A stretch of 63,719 nt of DNA, counting the filler, from Octopus bimaculoides (Eukaryota): the NCBI RefSeq assembly GCF_001194135.2. It is 4 parts of 4 records of this genome, joined end to end, with 100 filler letters (N's around TTAATTAATTAA, not from the genome) between each part and the next. Parts side by side here need not be neighbours in the genome. Positions count along the whole stretch, not along the records: positions 20,203 to 41,619 come from NC_068990.1; positions 41,720 to 62,521 come from NC_068996.1; 2 more parts are not named here. One strand, written 5' to 3'. This document shows positions 37,381-49,850 of the stretch, piece after piece. A program made the translations under genes and the position numbers. The notes beneath the pieces were generated by a model, which saw nothing but the letters and a program-made list of their open reading frames with translations, had not been told where the DNA came from and did not search any database. The number at the start of each line of letters is the position of its first letter. Position 1 is the first letter of the stretch.

Positions 37381-38178
37381 CTCTATATAATGAAATGAAA
37401 CCAATGTTTCTCAGCAGTATTTAAAGAAGCATGAATAATACCCAAAGGGAGGCAACATTGCAAACAAAATACTATAACAAATTGACAATTACTAAGAATT
37501 TTTTTAATGTGATACAATTCGTTGATTTTGACATATTTATCTTACTAATAGCACGGTTGAATGCTAAATATTTCAGCCTAGATGATACTTGCTGAAGCAT
37601 AACCATCACAGATATAATGAAGAATTTTATATCTATTCAAAAGGTGACATTCATAAACAGTTTAAAACAAGCGAGTAGTTGGAATGAGTTGATCAGAACA
37701 CCGTAAGATTGAAAGATTGAGCTGCTTGTAAACGGCTAATACTGAGCTATCTATCCAACTACCATTAAGTTGTGATGATGGCATTCATAAAAGCCTCATG
37801 AAGTTTCAAACTAGAACCCGCGTCAGAAACAAATGACCTGACACGCAGTTATGATTGATTATCAATAAAGATCCTACGATCAAAGGCAAACTGTATCAGG
37901 AAAGTATATTCCAGCGTGTGCTGAGAGCATGAATGTTACATATTTCCTCATTTGTTATTCGATGTTTAGTAAATAAAACCCGGTAGCCGCTTCACAAAAC
38001 AGAACCAACAAACCACTGCTCATAAGGATTGATATTCTCGTTAAGAGATGATCGATTGCAAAATAAAAATAGGGAAAAATAAAACTAATGGCATGCAGGA
38101 TTTTATCGGCTTTACATGGCAAACGAAAGTAGAAACGTTGGATGTGAAGAGAAAACTCTGTTGGAATTAGCATCAAAG

Positions 38179-38242
<64 letters not shown>

Positions 38243-39045
38243 NNNNNNNNNNGTCAGAGCTCTGACATTATTTAAACTTTTCGATTTAAAGATTTCTCCA
38301 TAAAAATATCTTCGTCAATTATATCCCAAATATGTTTTTGATGTCGTTTTCTACCATAAAGAGAAACAAATCGTTTGTTCACAAACATGAAATATATTAT
38401 GATAATCTTATCAGAATAACCTTACTAAAATTCATAACTTTCAGAATACTGAAACTTTTAAGTTAAATCTATCCATACTCTTTAATATCTGTTCATCATT
38501 TAAGCAGAATGTTCAAATTTTTATTAAATTTATTTTATATTTTAGTGTTACGTACATAAAATATGCATTTATATCGAAATGTTCTAAAGTGACAGAATGG
38601 CTCATGTTTTCTCTTAATCGAATATACAATATTAGACCTGAAACTTCATCGGTCAGGATGTTTACTGTATTTCATCATAGTAATAGTTTATTTTTCTTCA
38701 TCGACGTTCTAAATTGATATATTAGTCAAGCTTTTAATTTTCAGCATCCTAGTCATGTTTAGTGCATGTTTAGTTGTGTCTCACCAACATATAATCAATT
38801 GGCTGGTTTAGTTCTACGATTTGTCTGGTGTGAGCCAAACAAGATGACCTAAACAATTAGACCACCAGGAGAGAAAAAAAGAACAGAAACAAACAAAAAA
38901 TATTTCGAAACTTTTAGGGAATGTTTGATATGTCTAATTTCCTTTGATAGCACCCACATAGCGAATGGAAGAATCTAGTGACTTTCTCGGGGACATAAAG
39001 TATCAGGAATTCGATGCGAATACACAAGCCTCTGCTTGTCATTAT

Positions 39046-39258
39046 TTGGTTTCAAATTTTGGGACATGACCAGCAACATCGGGGAAGTGGGTAAGTCACT
39101 TACATCGACCCCAGTGCTCAATTGGTACTTATTTTATCGATCCCGAGAGGATGAAAAGAAAAAATCGACCTTGGTGGAATATGAACTTAGAACATAAAGA
39201 CGGACGAAATGCCGTTAAGCATTTTGTCCGACGTGCTAACGGTTGTGCCAGCTCGCCT
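39046..39258 (-). mobile_element. SINE family A
   Basis: Full match on the minus strand. Confidence 0.88.
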
Positions 39259-40135
39259 ACTCGTCATTAATTGCCAAGTCTACATCATCGGAGTGAAATA
39301 AAGAAAGTTGACCGAATTCACCATATTGCCACAGAACATACTAACTGTTTGAATCTTGTTTTTTAATTTTTTTATTTAAAATAATACACTTTATAATAAA
39401 CTTTAATCACATTCTAAGCTCTTGTGTAGTTGGTTTCTTTAACTTTCATAAATATTTATTAAACATGAAAAGTGATTAAAAGTATGCACACTCGAAATTA
39501 TTTACCAAATATATAACGGATACTCTTTCCTCAATGAAAATAATGATGTTCATAAAATGTTAACCTATCAATATATTTACGTTCCTTGAATATTTTATCT
39601 AGTTATCCATGTTTGCGAATTAAACTCCAATATTCATATAACAATTAAAAGTTGGCAGCATGAAACATTTCTCTGGAAGACATAAATGCAGTGCTGAACC
39701 AATAGATTGACATCCGCTTTATAACTGAAGGGAAACAAGAGTAGATTCTGTTACTAAATAGGAAACATCATTTCCTGTCACTAATTAAGTTGCAATATTT
39801 GAAAACGCCTCTTCCAAACAAAATGATAAAGTAAATAAGTAAATCTAAATCTAAGAGTTGCTTATAATTTCTAAGTAAAGAAGGATTAATCCATTAATTC
39901 TGTGTTGAACTTTGATTAAATTATCCTGATGAGTATTGCAATTTCCTTCGACATTAAGAAGACATTAGCCATAAGATTCATTGCTGTTAGAAAGAATTGG
40001 TCTTCCTTGAGGTTGATTGAATGCTAAAATATTCATAAATCTTCATTTTCTAAATAGAATATGGCAGGTGAATGCTAGGTAAGAAAAATCTATTCCATCC
40101 GATTGAATAAAAATTAGCATGGAGAAACACATCCA

Positions 40136-40166
<31 letters not shown>

Positions 40167-40211
40167 AGTTGNNNNNNNNNNNNNNNNNNNNNNNNNNNNN
40201 NNNNNNNNNNN

Positions 40212-40274
<63 letters not shown>

Positions 40275-40465
40275 ACACACACACATACATATATATATAG
40301 ATCATTAAGTTCGTTTACAGTAAACGTCTTTGAATATGCATATAAAAGCTTCTATTTTATTAAGCCGGCTACAGCCTAATGATACCAAATGGTAATAGCA
40401 GTTTTTGTGGGGTTGCACTAGCAGTTTACATTGCTATATTCTTACTATATTATTATTATTATTAT

Positions 40466-40554
<89 letters not shown>

Positions 40555-40564
40555 NNNNNNNNNN

Positions 40565-40629
<65 letters not shown>

Positions 40630-40660
40630 TAGTAGTAATAGTAGTAGTAGTAGTAGTAGT

Positions 40661-41350
40661 CCTTCGTCACACAGTGTAGGTAAGAACGCACCGGAGTCTA
40701 GTCATCTGTCAAGTCACAAGGACCTCAGATATTATACTTTCCTTAAGATGTGCGCTGTGCCCAATAAGGCTGTTTTTTGCAAGACATCAATCTTGCATGG
40801 GATTTCCATTGCCTTAAGAAGACTTGGAGTTTCAATGGGATTGAGCCCAACACTCCGATCACTACTGGTATCACTTATACATTACCCTCTCGCGTTCCAT
40901 ACAGTCTTGTCATTTCCACTTCCAATTCAGAGTACTTGGTGATTTGTTCAGCCTCTTTACTCACAACATTCATGTCATTTAGTATGGCTACATCAATGAT
41001 CTGACAGTATTTGTCTCTCTTATTCAATATGACAATATCCGGCCGACGGAGTTCGATTACACGATCCGTCTGAAAATCATAGTCCTAGAGTATCGTTACA
41101 TTTCTATTCTCCTGCATAACTTTACTTGGTACATGCTCATACCAGTTCTCTCTTACTTCATATTGGTATTTACAGCATAAGTGCCAATGAAAATGCACAC
41201 ACACTTTATCGTGGCGGCGCTTGTATTCTTTTTGTGCAAAGCTCTCACATCCACTTATCAAGTGGATCACATTTTCCATACTCTTTCCACAGAGCCTGCA
41301 TTTCTGGGTGTCAGAAGTTTTATAGATGTTATACTTCCGACTTGGTAGCG
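40661..41350 (-). mobile_element. Dong/R4-clade LINE 3' fragment (CCHC knuckle + restriction-like endonuclease)
   Basis: KCRLCGKSMENVIHLISGC..YKRRHDKV..HW.LC..WYEH.P..IL*DY..TDR....RPDIV...IIDVAI...ITKYSEL...PVVIGVLG; trinucleotide tail (CTA)n(ATA)n on the minus strand. Confidence 0.92.
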
Positions 41351-41359
41351 AGAACCTGG

Positions 41360-41474
<115 letters not shown>

Positions 41475-41475
41475 T

Positions 41476-41619
41476 TATGTTTGACTTTTGTTTTGCATTT
41501 GTACAAGTTGGATCCAAGTCTCACCCAGAGACCTCAAGAGACAACAAGTTAGAAGTTCATGTAGGTGTTATGCCTAGGGTACCATATATTTGGATTTGTA
41601 CAGTTTTGTTCAAGTGAAT
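41476..41619 (-). mobile_element. 3' end of a second Dong/R4-like element with (AAT)n tail
   Basis: Minus-strand gaggtctctgggtgagacttgg...aaataataat, abutting the preceding copy. Confidence 0.5.
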
Positions 41620-41719
41620 NNNNNNNNNNNNNNNNNNNNNNNNNNNNNNNNNNNNNNNNNNNNTTAATTAATTAANNNNNNNNNNNNNNNNNNNNNNNNN
41701 NNNNNNNNNNNNNNNNNNN
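41620..41719. other. Artificial scaffold-join linker
   Basis: 44 N + TTAATTAATTAA + 44 N. Confidence 0.95.
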
Positions 41720-41771
<52 letters not shown>

Positions 41772-42354
41772 AGACATATATACATAAATACACACACACA
41801 TATATATATTGACACACACACACACACACACATATGCATACATATATATTAATGCTTTTGTTTATGTTCAGTTATGATATAAACAATCTTACATTAACCT
41901 GATGAGTCACTTTACACTTTTTTTAGAGTACAAATTAATATTTTTATACTAAAAATGTTGTTGATAGTGACTTCGAAGTTTCATTCTAATAAGCCATCGC
42001 TGCAGAGGCCGAAACTTTGAAATTAGTGTCATCAACATTCTTATATGCAAAATTATACACACAAACATACATACACGTCACACACGCACACGGTTGATGC
42101 TTATTTTGTCTGATCTCTCGAAGCTTGCACATGCACACTGTCCGATATTATACAGGGTGAAATACACCGCGTATTACTGGTATTCACGATTTCACCTTCC
42201 TTAACGTCACCGAAACAAAAAGTCTCGTGGGAATGGTACTAAAAGTTGTCTTCAATATTTTCTGAGGTATATGTTACTCTTATTTCTAGCTGATCGAGCG
42301 TCACATCCTTCCCCTTGTTGCAAACCAATATCTAACTGAAAAAGAAAAAAGAAA

Positions 42355-42770
42355 TGGCACGTGCTGGCAGAATCGTTAGCACGCCGGGCTAAATGTTTAG
42401 CGGCATTTCGTCCGTCCTTTCGTTCTGTGTTCAAATTCCGCCCACGTCGACTCTGCCTTTCATCCTTTTAGGGTCGATAGAATAAATACCAATTGAACAC
42501 TGGAATCGATGTAATCGAGTTATCCCCACCCCCACCCCGAAATTGTTGGCCTTGTGCCCAAATTTGGAAACAGTATTTTCTGAAGGAGTTTAGTGGCATT
42601 TAATACGTCTTTTCGTTCAGAGTTCAAATCCGTTAAGTTTCGACTTTGCCTTTCATCCCTCTCAGGGTTCATAAAATAAGTAGCAGTTTAGCACTGGAGA
42701 TTGATGTAATCGACTTACCCCCTCCCCTGAAATTACTGGTTTGGCGCCAAATTTTGAAACCAATATTTTC
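42355..42770 (+). mobile_element. Two tandem SINE family A copies
   Basis: A full copy followed by a head-truncated copy. Confidence 0.88.
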
Positions 42771-42956
42771 TCAGGCATATGTAGCTGTTATTTGTAGCTG
42801 ATCGAGCGGCACCTTCTCCCCCTTGTTGCAAGCCAATATCGAAAGAAGAGAATATATTTGATCACTATGTAATTCTGTATTTTATGATTCTCTATTTTAG
42901 AAACCTTTAAAAATTATTTTCGTTATTTGCTTCTTTCGATCTTTAAGTGATATTTC

Positions 42957-43275
42957 GAAGAACACAAGGAAACGGTAATGTGACTTCTTGTAGAATAATT
43001 GGGTGGAACACTTCATTATTTGTTTGTAAAGTTTTGTCACGTAGGTGGTGGAGTTGGATTTTGTAAATAAGTATGAAAAGCAAAAGTGAAAGTAGCTTTT
43101 CAATGTAGTTTGAAAAGGTTGAAGGACACGAGGAAACGGCAAGTGACATTTTGTAAGCTAATTGGGTGGAATATTTCATTATTTATTTGGAAAGTTTTGT
43201 CAGAAACAAGGTAGAATTGGATTTAGTAAATAAGCATTGAGAACCGAAAGTAAAGTAGTTTTTATATTCAATTTA
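42957..43275 (+). repeat. Diverged tandem duplication, unit about 165 bp
   Basis: gaagaacacaaggaaacggtaatgtgac...aattgggtggaa...gtaaataag is repeated as gaaggacacgaggaaacggcaagtgac...aattgggtggaa...gtaaataag. Confidence 0.85.
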
Positions 43276-43282
43276 CTAAGAC

Positions 43283-43590
43283 TTGGCGGCGACCTGGCAG
43301 AATCGTTAGCACATCGGGCAAAATGCTTTGTGGCATTTTCGTTAGTTTTTATGTTCTCAGTTCAAAATTCCGTTGTGATTGATTTTGCTAGTCATCCTTT
43401 TAAAGTCGATATAATAAACGCCAGTTGAACACTGGAATCAATGTAATCGATTTACCTCAGCTCCACCCCGAAATTGCTGGCCTTGTCCTAAAATTTAAAT
43501 TCAATATTATCCCAGTGAGTTTAGCGGCATTTCGTCCATCTTAATTATGTTCTCAGTTGTAATTCCATCCTGATGGACTTTGCCTTTCAT
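43283..43590 (+). mobile_element. SINE family A copy plus head-truncated second copy
   Basis: Same architecture as 42355-42770. Confidence 0.82.
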
Positions 43591-43730
43591 CTACATTTGC
43601 ATGCCTGTTCCAAATGATTGGGAACCACTGAAGGTGTTACGGTCACCGTAGACGTACTTATTATTTTTGTCCATTTTTCTACAGCTGGATGTCCTTCCAT
43701 ACACTAACCAGCACACAGCAAGCACTGGTT

Positions 43731-43788
<58 letters not shown>

Positions 43789-44249
43789 TGCATGCAGATA
43801 CATACACACACACACACCTAATAGAATATACACACAAGCATGCATGAATGCATACATACATACATGCATACCAGCAAAATGGATTAAAAGAACACCCAGG
43901 NNNNNNNNNNNNNNNNNNNNNNNNNNNNNNNNNNNNNNNNNNNNNNNNNNNNNNNNNNNNNNNNNNNNNNNNNNNNNNNNNNNNNNNNNNNNNNNNNNNN
44001 NNNNNNNNNNNNNNNNNNNNNNNNNNNNNNNNNNNNNNNNNNNNNNNNNNNNNNNNNNNNNNNNNNNNNNNNNNNNNNNNNNNNNNNNNNNNNNNNNNNN
44101 AGGATGGGGAGGGGAGGAGGGGAGGGGGAAGGAGGAGAGGGAGGGGAGGAGGAGGATATGTTGTGAGCATGTGTGATGTGTCTTTTTGCATATGCTAGTA
44201 CTATGCATGCATGTTTTTAGTTATGCCTGCTTATATATATGTATGCATA

Positions 44250-44340
44250 TTGCCATCCGGTTTCACCAGTCCTCAGTCAAATCGTCCAACCCATGCTAGC
44301 ATGGAAAGCGGACGTTAAACGATGATGATGATGATGATAT
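44250..44340 (+). mobile_element. RTE-type LINE 3' tail
   Basis: gtccaacccatgctagcatggaaagcggacgttaaacgatgatgatg. The same tail occurs at about 51815-51950 (+), 53780-53880 (+), 43640-43740 (-) and at the end of 56860-57290. Confidence 0.75.
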
Positions 44341-44454
44341 ATGCATCAACATAGAATGTTCTCAGTTCGTGACCAGTTTCAATCACTTTCTCTGTGCAAA
44401 TATATGTGTGTGTAAGAAGAGAAGGTGTGTATTACATTCGTATTTGATATATAC

Positions 44455-45420
44455 TGAGCCTTTTTTTTCATTGGCTCTCACACTTTATAAAATTTTAAAC
44501 TGAAGTGAACATCTTCAGATTTGGTATATTGATGAAAATTTTCATGTTGAATCCGTTTTTTTGTTTATTCACATGGTCCAGAAAAAAAATTTAGGAAAAT
44601 GTTACACACGTTTAAATTTTGATTATTTTTACCAATCAGAAAACAGGATTTGGAAGCTGGCATTTTCTGCGTAATGACAACATTAACATTCAATGGTGGA
44701 AGTTTTAATGGCGGTAGTTTTAAGAAGTTTTAATGAATAATGTCATGTAAAATGCTGGAACAGGCATGTAACCAATATAAATAATGAAAAATTTTCAATG
44801 AATTTTTTTTGTTTTTTGTTTTGTAAAAAAATTACAATACATTTTTGTAGTAAATATTCAAAAACAAAAGTTTGCAATACATTCTAGGAGTTTATCAAAC
44901 AAATTGCAATTTTCCTGTCTCCTCCTGACATAAACTCGCAGAGATCAACCATAGAATGGTAGGTTCCCATAGCATTGTTTATTCCCTCATTTTGCAGAGA
45001 CCATTGTGCTTTGCACTTGTTGTTTGTAGATACCATTTATTGAGCTAATAAGCTTTATGCTGTGGTTTACCATTTCCTTGGATTTCAAGCTTTCCATCAT
45101 ATTCGAAAGATTAAATAAGTTGGCTGTGGTCATATTTTTTATTTAGACTGAAAAGGTGCAGGAAATTACACGGTTCGAAGCAGACTATACTTTGGCTTGT
45201 TACTATGGAAATAGGTACCAATATATACATGACTTTTGATTGGCTAAAATTACTAAAAATTTGCAAACTCTAAAAGCTATTAACTTTTTATTAATTCATA
45301 GCAAAAAAGAATTTTATTTTCATAATTAGCACATAAAACTTACATCAATACACCAATTCTGAAAACAATTGGAACAAAATTAAAAGAACGGAAAAGTGTG
45401 AGTGAAACAGAAAAGATCTA
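44455..45420. mobile_element. MITE-like non-autonomous DNA element with long diverged inverted arms
   Basis: About 44476-44645 (ctcacacttt...ttcagatttggtatattgatg...accaatcag) is inversely similar to about 45233-45401; a third arm-like end occurs at about 45600-45650. Confidence 0.5.
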
Positions 45421-45688
45421 CTATGGATCGCCAATTTACTATTGCTTGGGTGAAACCCACCAAAATCTTATATGGACCCCAGCTGGGAACCACTGGCGTA
45501 TAGCATATGCTAAGTAAGAGTTTGGTAGCTGTCCAAGATGTTGTAAAATTACACAAATGGGGAATGTTACAATGCATATTCTTTGCACGTTGTAAAGATG
45601 AGCAAAATTAAAGGAACTGAAAAAAGTGAGCCAAACATAAAGGATCCTATAAAATTCATCCGTGTGTGGGAAATGCTCAAAAACTTAC

Positions 45689-45868
45689 CCTGGTCTGCGC
45701 CATGTAAATCCTCGAAGAAATATTCGGTTGATATTTATCTGCGTCTGTAGTATTAAGCAATAAGTTTGTAAAAAGAAATTCCAGATTCCTCCACACTTGA
45801 GAAATACTCGATCAATCCCACGATGTTAAGTTAAAATCCAATTGAATACTGTACTTCTGTACCAGCTT
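45689..45868 (-). other. Candidate 180-nt exon of an unidentified minus-strand gene (5'UTR + MAQTR start, or stop-containing exon)
   Basis: Acceptor tttttttgttttcattctacAG, donor CAGG|GTAAGT. All three frames contain stops. ATG GCG CAG ACC AGG lies at the 3' edge (45703-45689). Confidence 0.55.
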
Positions 45869-45914
45869 CTGTAGAATGAAAACAAAAAAATGTGAGATAA
45901 ATATAACACTAAAT

Positions 45915-46170
45915 AATAATATTTTCTTTATTGGCCAAAAAAGCCAGACTCAAAGCATAAAGGGACACAAAGAACAAGTGGAGTTTAATATAATATACGT
46001 GTATGAAATAAGATAAAACAATAACAATTAACATTAAAGATTTAACAATAAACTCTCCAAAAGGGGGTTGGAGGTGTTTCTCTCAGGGACAACCAAGGCA
46101 CCCCATACATCTTGGTCACCCTTGCAGCAAAGGGCACCTCGCTCCTTCTCAATTCCTTTGGCTTACAAAT
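45915..46170 (-). mobile_element. 3' end of an unclassified non-LTR-like repeat
   Basis: Similar to 48040-48315; both end in ggccaataaagaaa followed by an ATT-rich tail. Confidence 0.55.
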
Positions 46171-46226
46171 ATATGAGTAGGTTCATTAATAACAATAATA
46201 ATAATAATAATGATGATAATGATAAT

Positions 46227-46764
46227 TGGAAACTATGTAAACACTACAAAATCAGCACTCCTGCTTACTGGTATGAACATCATCCTGAGTCAGTCGCCGA
46301 AGGTAAAAATGTCCCTATCCTCTGGGATGTTCTAATCAACTCTGACAGAATGATCCAGGCTAATTGACCAGCCATAGTCATTAAAGACAGGGAAGAAAAT
46401 ACCTGTAGACTTAATAGATGTAGGTGTTCCCAATGATAAAAATCTATCTTTAAAGGAATTTGAAGTAAATGTAAGGACCTGGAAATTGAAATACAAAAGA
46501 TGTAACATCTTAAAGTGAGAACTGTTCCTGAACCCTAAGTATGATAAAAAAAGGAAAGGATGTCAGAAACTCCTAGATAACATCCCAGGAGAACCATGTC
46601 TCAGAGAAATCCAAAAGATTGTGCTGACAACTCTATCAATTTAAGTATTACTTCCCCTCCCCAAGCTTTCAGACAGATGGCAACATCTCTTATCCTTCAT
46701 TCACCTTAGTATGCTGGGTGTGTCTTGACAAGTGGTAATAACAAACATGCTGATTAAAAGTAAA

Positions 46765-46767
<3 letters not shown>
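46227..46767 (+). mobile_element. Dong/R4-clade LINE 3' fragment flanked by (AAT)n on both sides
   Basis: WKLCKHY...WYEHHPESV..ILWD..I.SDR.IQAN*P.IVIKD....LIDVGVPND....KDLEIEI. Confidence 0.88.
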
Positions 46768-46827
<60 letters not shown>

Positions 46828-47296
46828 TAATAATTTCTCATTATTTTTTGTTTACTTTTTTCATTTTTTAATATTTTCCTTTTTCTCCCTGTCTTTCTAT
46901 NNNNNNNNNNNNNNNNNNNNNNNNNNNNNNNNNNNNNNNNNNNNNNNNNNNNNNNNNNNNNNNNNNNNNNNNNNNNNNNNNNNNNNNNNNNNNNNNNNNN
47001 NNNNNNNNNNNNNNNNNNNNNNNNNNNNNNNNNNNNNNNNNNNNNNNNNNNNNNNNNNNNNNNNNNNNNNNNNNNNNNNNNNNNNNNNNNNNNNNNNNNN
47101 NNNNNNNNNNNNNNNNNNNNNNNNNNNNNNNNNNNNNNNNNNNNNNNNNNNNNNNNNNNNNNNNNNNNNNNNNNNNNNNNNNNNNNNNNNNNNNNNNNNN
47201 NNNNNNNNNNNNNNNNNNNNNNNNNNNNNNNNNNNNNNNNNNNNNNNNNNNNNNNNNNNNNNNNNNNNNNNNNNNNNNNNNNNNNNNNNNNNNNNN

Positions 47297-47373
<77 letters not shown>

Positions 47374-47469
47374 TTATGTATATATATATATATATGATGA
47401 GCTTCTGCCAGTTACCGTCTTCCAAATTCACTGACAAGTCTTTGGTTTACCTGAGGCTGTAATACAAGA

Positions 47470-47653
47470 CTGGGGAGCACTAACATACTTGAATGACATG
47501 AAGGTGGAATATGCTACCAAAGCTATTCTATTGAGGGCAGCAAGGATTTTGAGATTGGTACTTGGATTTTAAGTGGAAAGAGACCCTGTGTGACACTTGA
47601 CAACAGGTTGCTTTACCAAAGCATGTATAAAAGCAAGAGCGCTGAGGAATAAC

Positions 47654-47684
<31 letters not shown>

Positions 47685-47690
47685 TAGAAT
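47470..47690 (+). mobile_element. Dong/R4-like short 3' end with (AAT)n tail
   Basis: ..KAILLRAARILRLVL* (cf. QKxALLGTARILRRVL), followed by a gtgtgacacttgacaa UTR like that of the 46.7-kb copy. Confidence 0.65.
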
Positions 47691-48039
47691 AATAATAATG
47701 TTGCTCACCAGGGATAAAATTTTAAGGGGAGAATGTTTGTCAATGAGAATGACTCCATGAGTCAAATGCTACATTATCTTAACGAGTACCAGAGTGGAGT
47801 GAAAGACAAAAGTTGACCATAGCAGGAGTTGAACTTCGAATGCAAAAAAGGGCAGATCAAATATCGATTTCAAATTTTGGAACAAAGCCTGCAGTTTCAG
47901 TGGAGAGAGCAAGTACTCGATTCAACTGCTACTTATTTTATCAACGCCTTAGTGGAACTTGAAGACGAAATGACACTAAGTATATTGCTCAACATGTTAT
48001 TGATTGCACCAGCTCACATCCTTAATAATAACAATGATA

Positions 48040-48315
48040 AATAATAATAATAATGATTTCTTTATTGGCCACAGCAGCCAAGCACAAAACAAGTACAGAC
48101 AATACAACAAAAGAGACACGGGGTTTGGAACAATATCGATTATACAATAAAGGACAAAAACAATTGACAATACAATTAAACAATAAAATCCCCAAAAGTG
48201 GGGAGTTCTTCCCAGGGGCAACCAAGGAACCTCACACATTCTGGTTATTCCAACAGCCAGGCAGGCACACCTCAGAAGGTAACCTCTCCTTCACAACTTC
48301 TCCAGTTTTCAAATG
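48040..48315 (-). mobile_element. 3' end of an unclassified non-LTR-like repeat (second copy)
   Basis: Similarity to 45915-46170. Confidence 0.55.
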
Positions 48316-48319
48316 AAAA

Positions 48320-48540
48320 TAATAGCTTCAAATTTTGGCACAAGCCCAGCAATTTCTGGGGAGGGACTTAGTAGATTACAATGGTCCCCAGTGTGCAACT
48401 GGTACTTATTTTATCGATCCTGAAAGAACGAGAAGTAAAGTTGACCTTAGCAGTATTTGAACTCAGAGCATAAAGGCGAATGAAATACTGCGAAGCATTC
48501 TACTCAGTGTGCTAACAATTCAGCCGGGTCACTGCCCTAG
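48320..48540 (-). mobile_element. SINE family A, CpG-decayed
   Basis: Family match with many CpG to TpG/CpA changes. Confidence 0.82.
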
Positions 48541-48615
48541 ACAGGTCAAATATTAGTTTGAAATCTTGCAAAAAATCAACAACTTCAAGGGTGGGTCCAA
48601 TAGATAATATGCATA

Positions 48616-48655
<40 letters not shown>

Positions 48656-48696
48656 GTATATATATTATATATATATATATATATTATATATATATA

Positions 48697-48743
<47 letters not shown>

Positions 48744-48984
48744 ACCACCACCACCTGGTGCTATATATAATCAATCTACACACTAGGCAGTCACCCCAGG
48801 AGTGTCCCGATAATGTGTTATCTGTGAGCCATGGAACTTCACTGACAATCTTTTGAGTTTAATGACATAATACGCACTATTATGTCATGGTTTGTTAAAA
48901 TCTTGCTTATACTAGCACTGCGGGTTTTGGAAATGTGGCTGGAGTGTTACATAGGGATATTTTTACTTTACATACACATGACAT

Positions 48985-49430
48985 TGGTGTGGCAGTGTGG
49001 TAAGAAGTGTGCTTTCCAACTACATGGTTCTGGGTTCAGTCCCACTGCATAGCACCTTGGGCATGTGTCTTCTACAGCAGACTTCCACTGACTAAAGCAT
49101 TGTTCAGTGGATTTGGTAGACAGAAAATGAATGAAGCCCCTTGTGCATACATACATGTGTGTGTGTGTATGTGTTTAGATATATACATATATGTATGCAT
49201 ATAGATATGTGTGTGTGTGTTTGTCACCCCCACCACCACCAATACCACTTGACAACCGGTGTTGGTGAGTTTACATCCCCCATAACTTAGCAGTTTCACA
49301 AAAGAAAATGATAGAATAAGTACCAGGCTTTATAAAAAAAAAATAAAGTACTAGTTTCGATTCATTTAACTAAAATTCGCCAAGGCGATGCCCCAGCATG
49401 GCTACAGTCCAATGACAGAAACAAGAGAAA
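48985..49430 (+). mobile_element. SINE family B, CpG-decayed
   Basis: Head-to-tail family match. Confidence 0.85.
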
Positions 49431-49499
49431 GAAAAAGAAAGGATGTAGGCTGTGGGTAAATGCAAAAAAAAAAAAAAAAGAAGATGCAACAGAAATGGC

Positions 49500-49850
49500 C
49501 ACTGGGGCCATATATATGTGAACAGCAAAATAGGAATTTTGAAAGCAAGCAACAAATGGCTATGGGGGTTCACCAGAATAAAAAGTAATAAAAGGGGATT
49601 CATAAGTAAAAAAAATGGGCCAAGAAACTGATTCTCAACTGGGGTCCATATGACCATCGAATGGCTACGGGGCCGGTCCACTAGAATAAAATAGTAATCA
49701 AAGAGGTTCATAGGCGATAGATCACATCTCAGACGTGATTTATCCAATGGAGAAAGAACAGCCGGGGAAGATGAGACAGTACAACAGACTTAATGGCTAA
49801 ACCCAGAGACTATAGTACCAATGACTCTCAACTGGGGTCTATATCAGCAT
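49500..49850 (+). mobile_element. hAT(Charlie)-like MITE remnants
   Basis: TIR-like ctgattctcaactggggtcc (about 49628) and caatgactctcaactggggtc (about 49818). A matching right end ggaccccagctgggaaccactg occurs at about 45476-45497. Internal aaaataggaattttgaaag recurs at about 50212. Confidence 0.45.

Noticed and set aside
44106-44128. G-quadruplex motif GGGGAGGGGAGGAGGGGAGGGGG
   Set aside because: Part of a purine low-complexity run at a gap edge; no context suggesting function.
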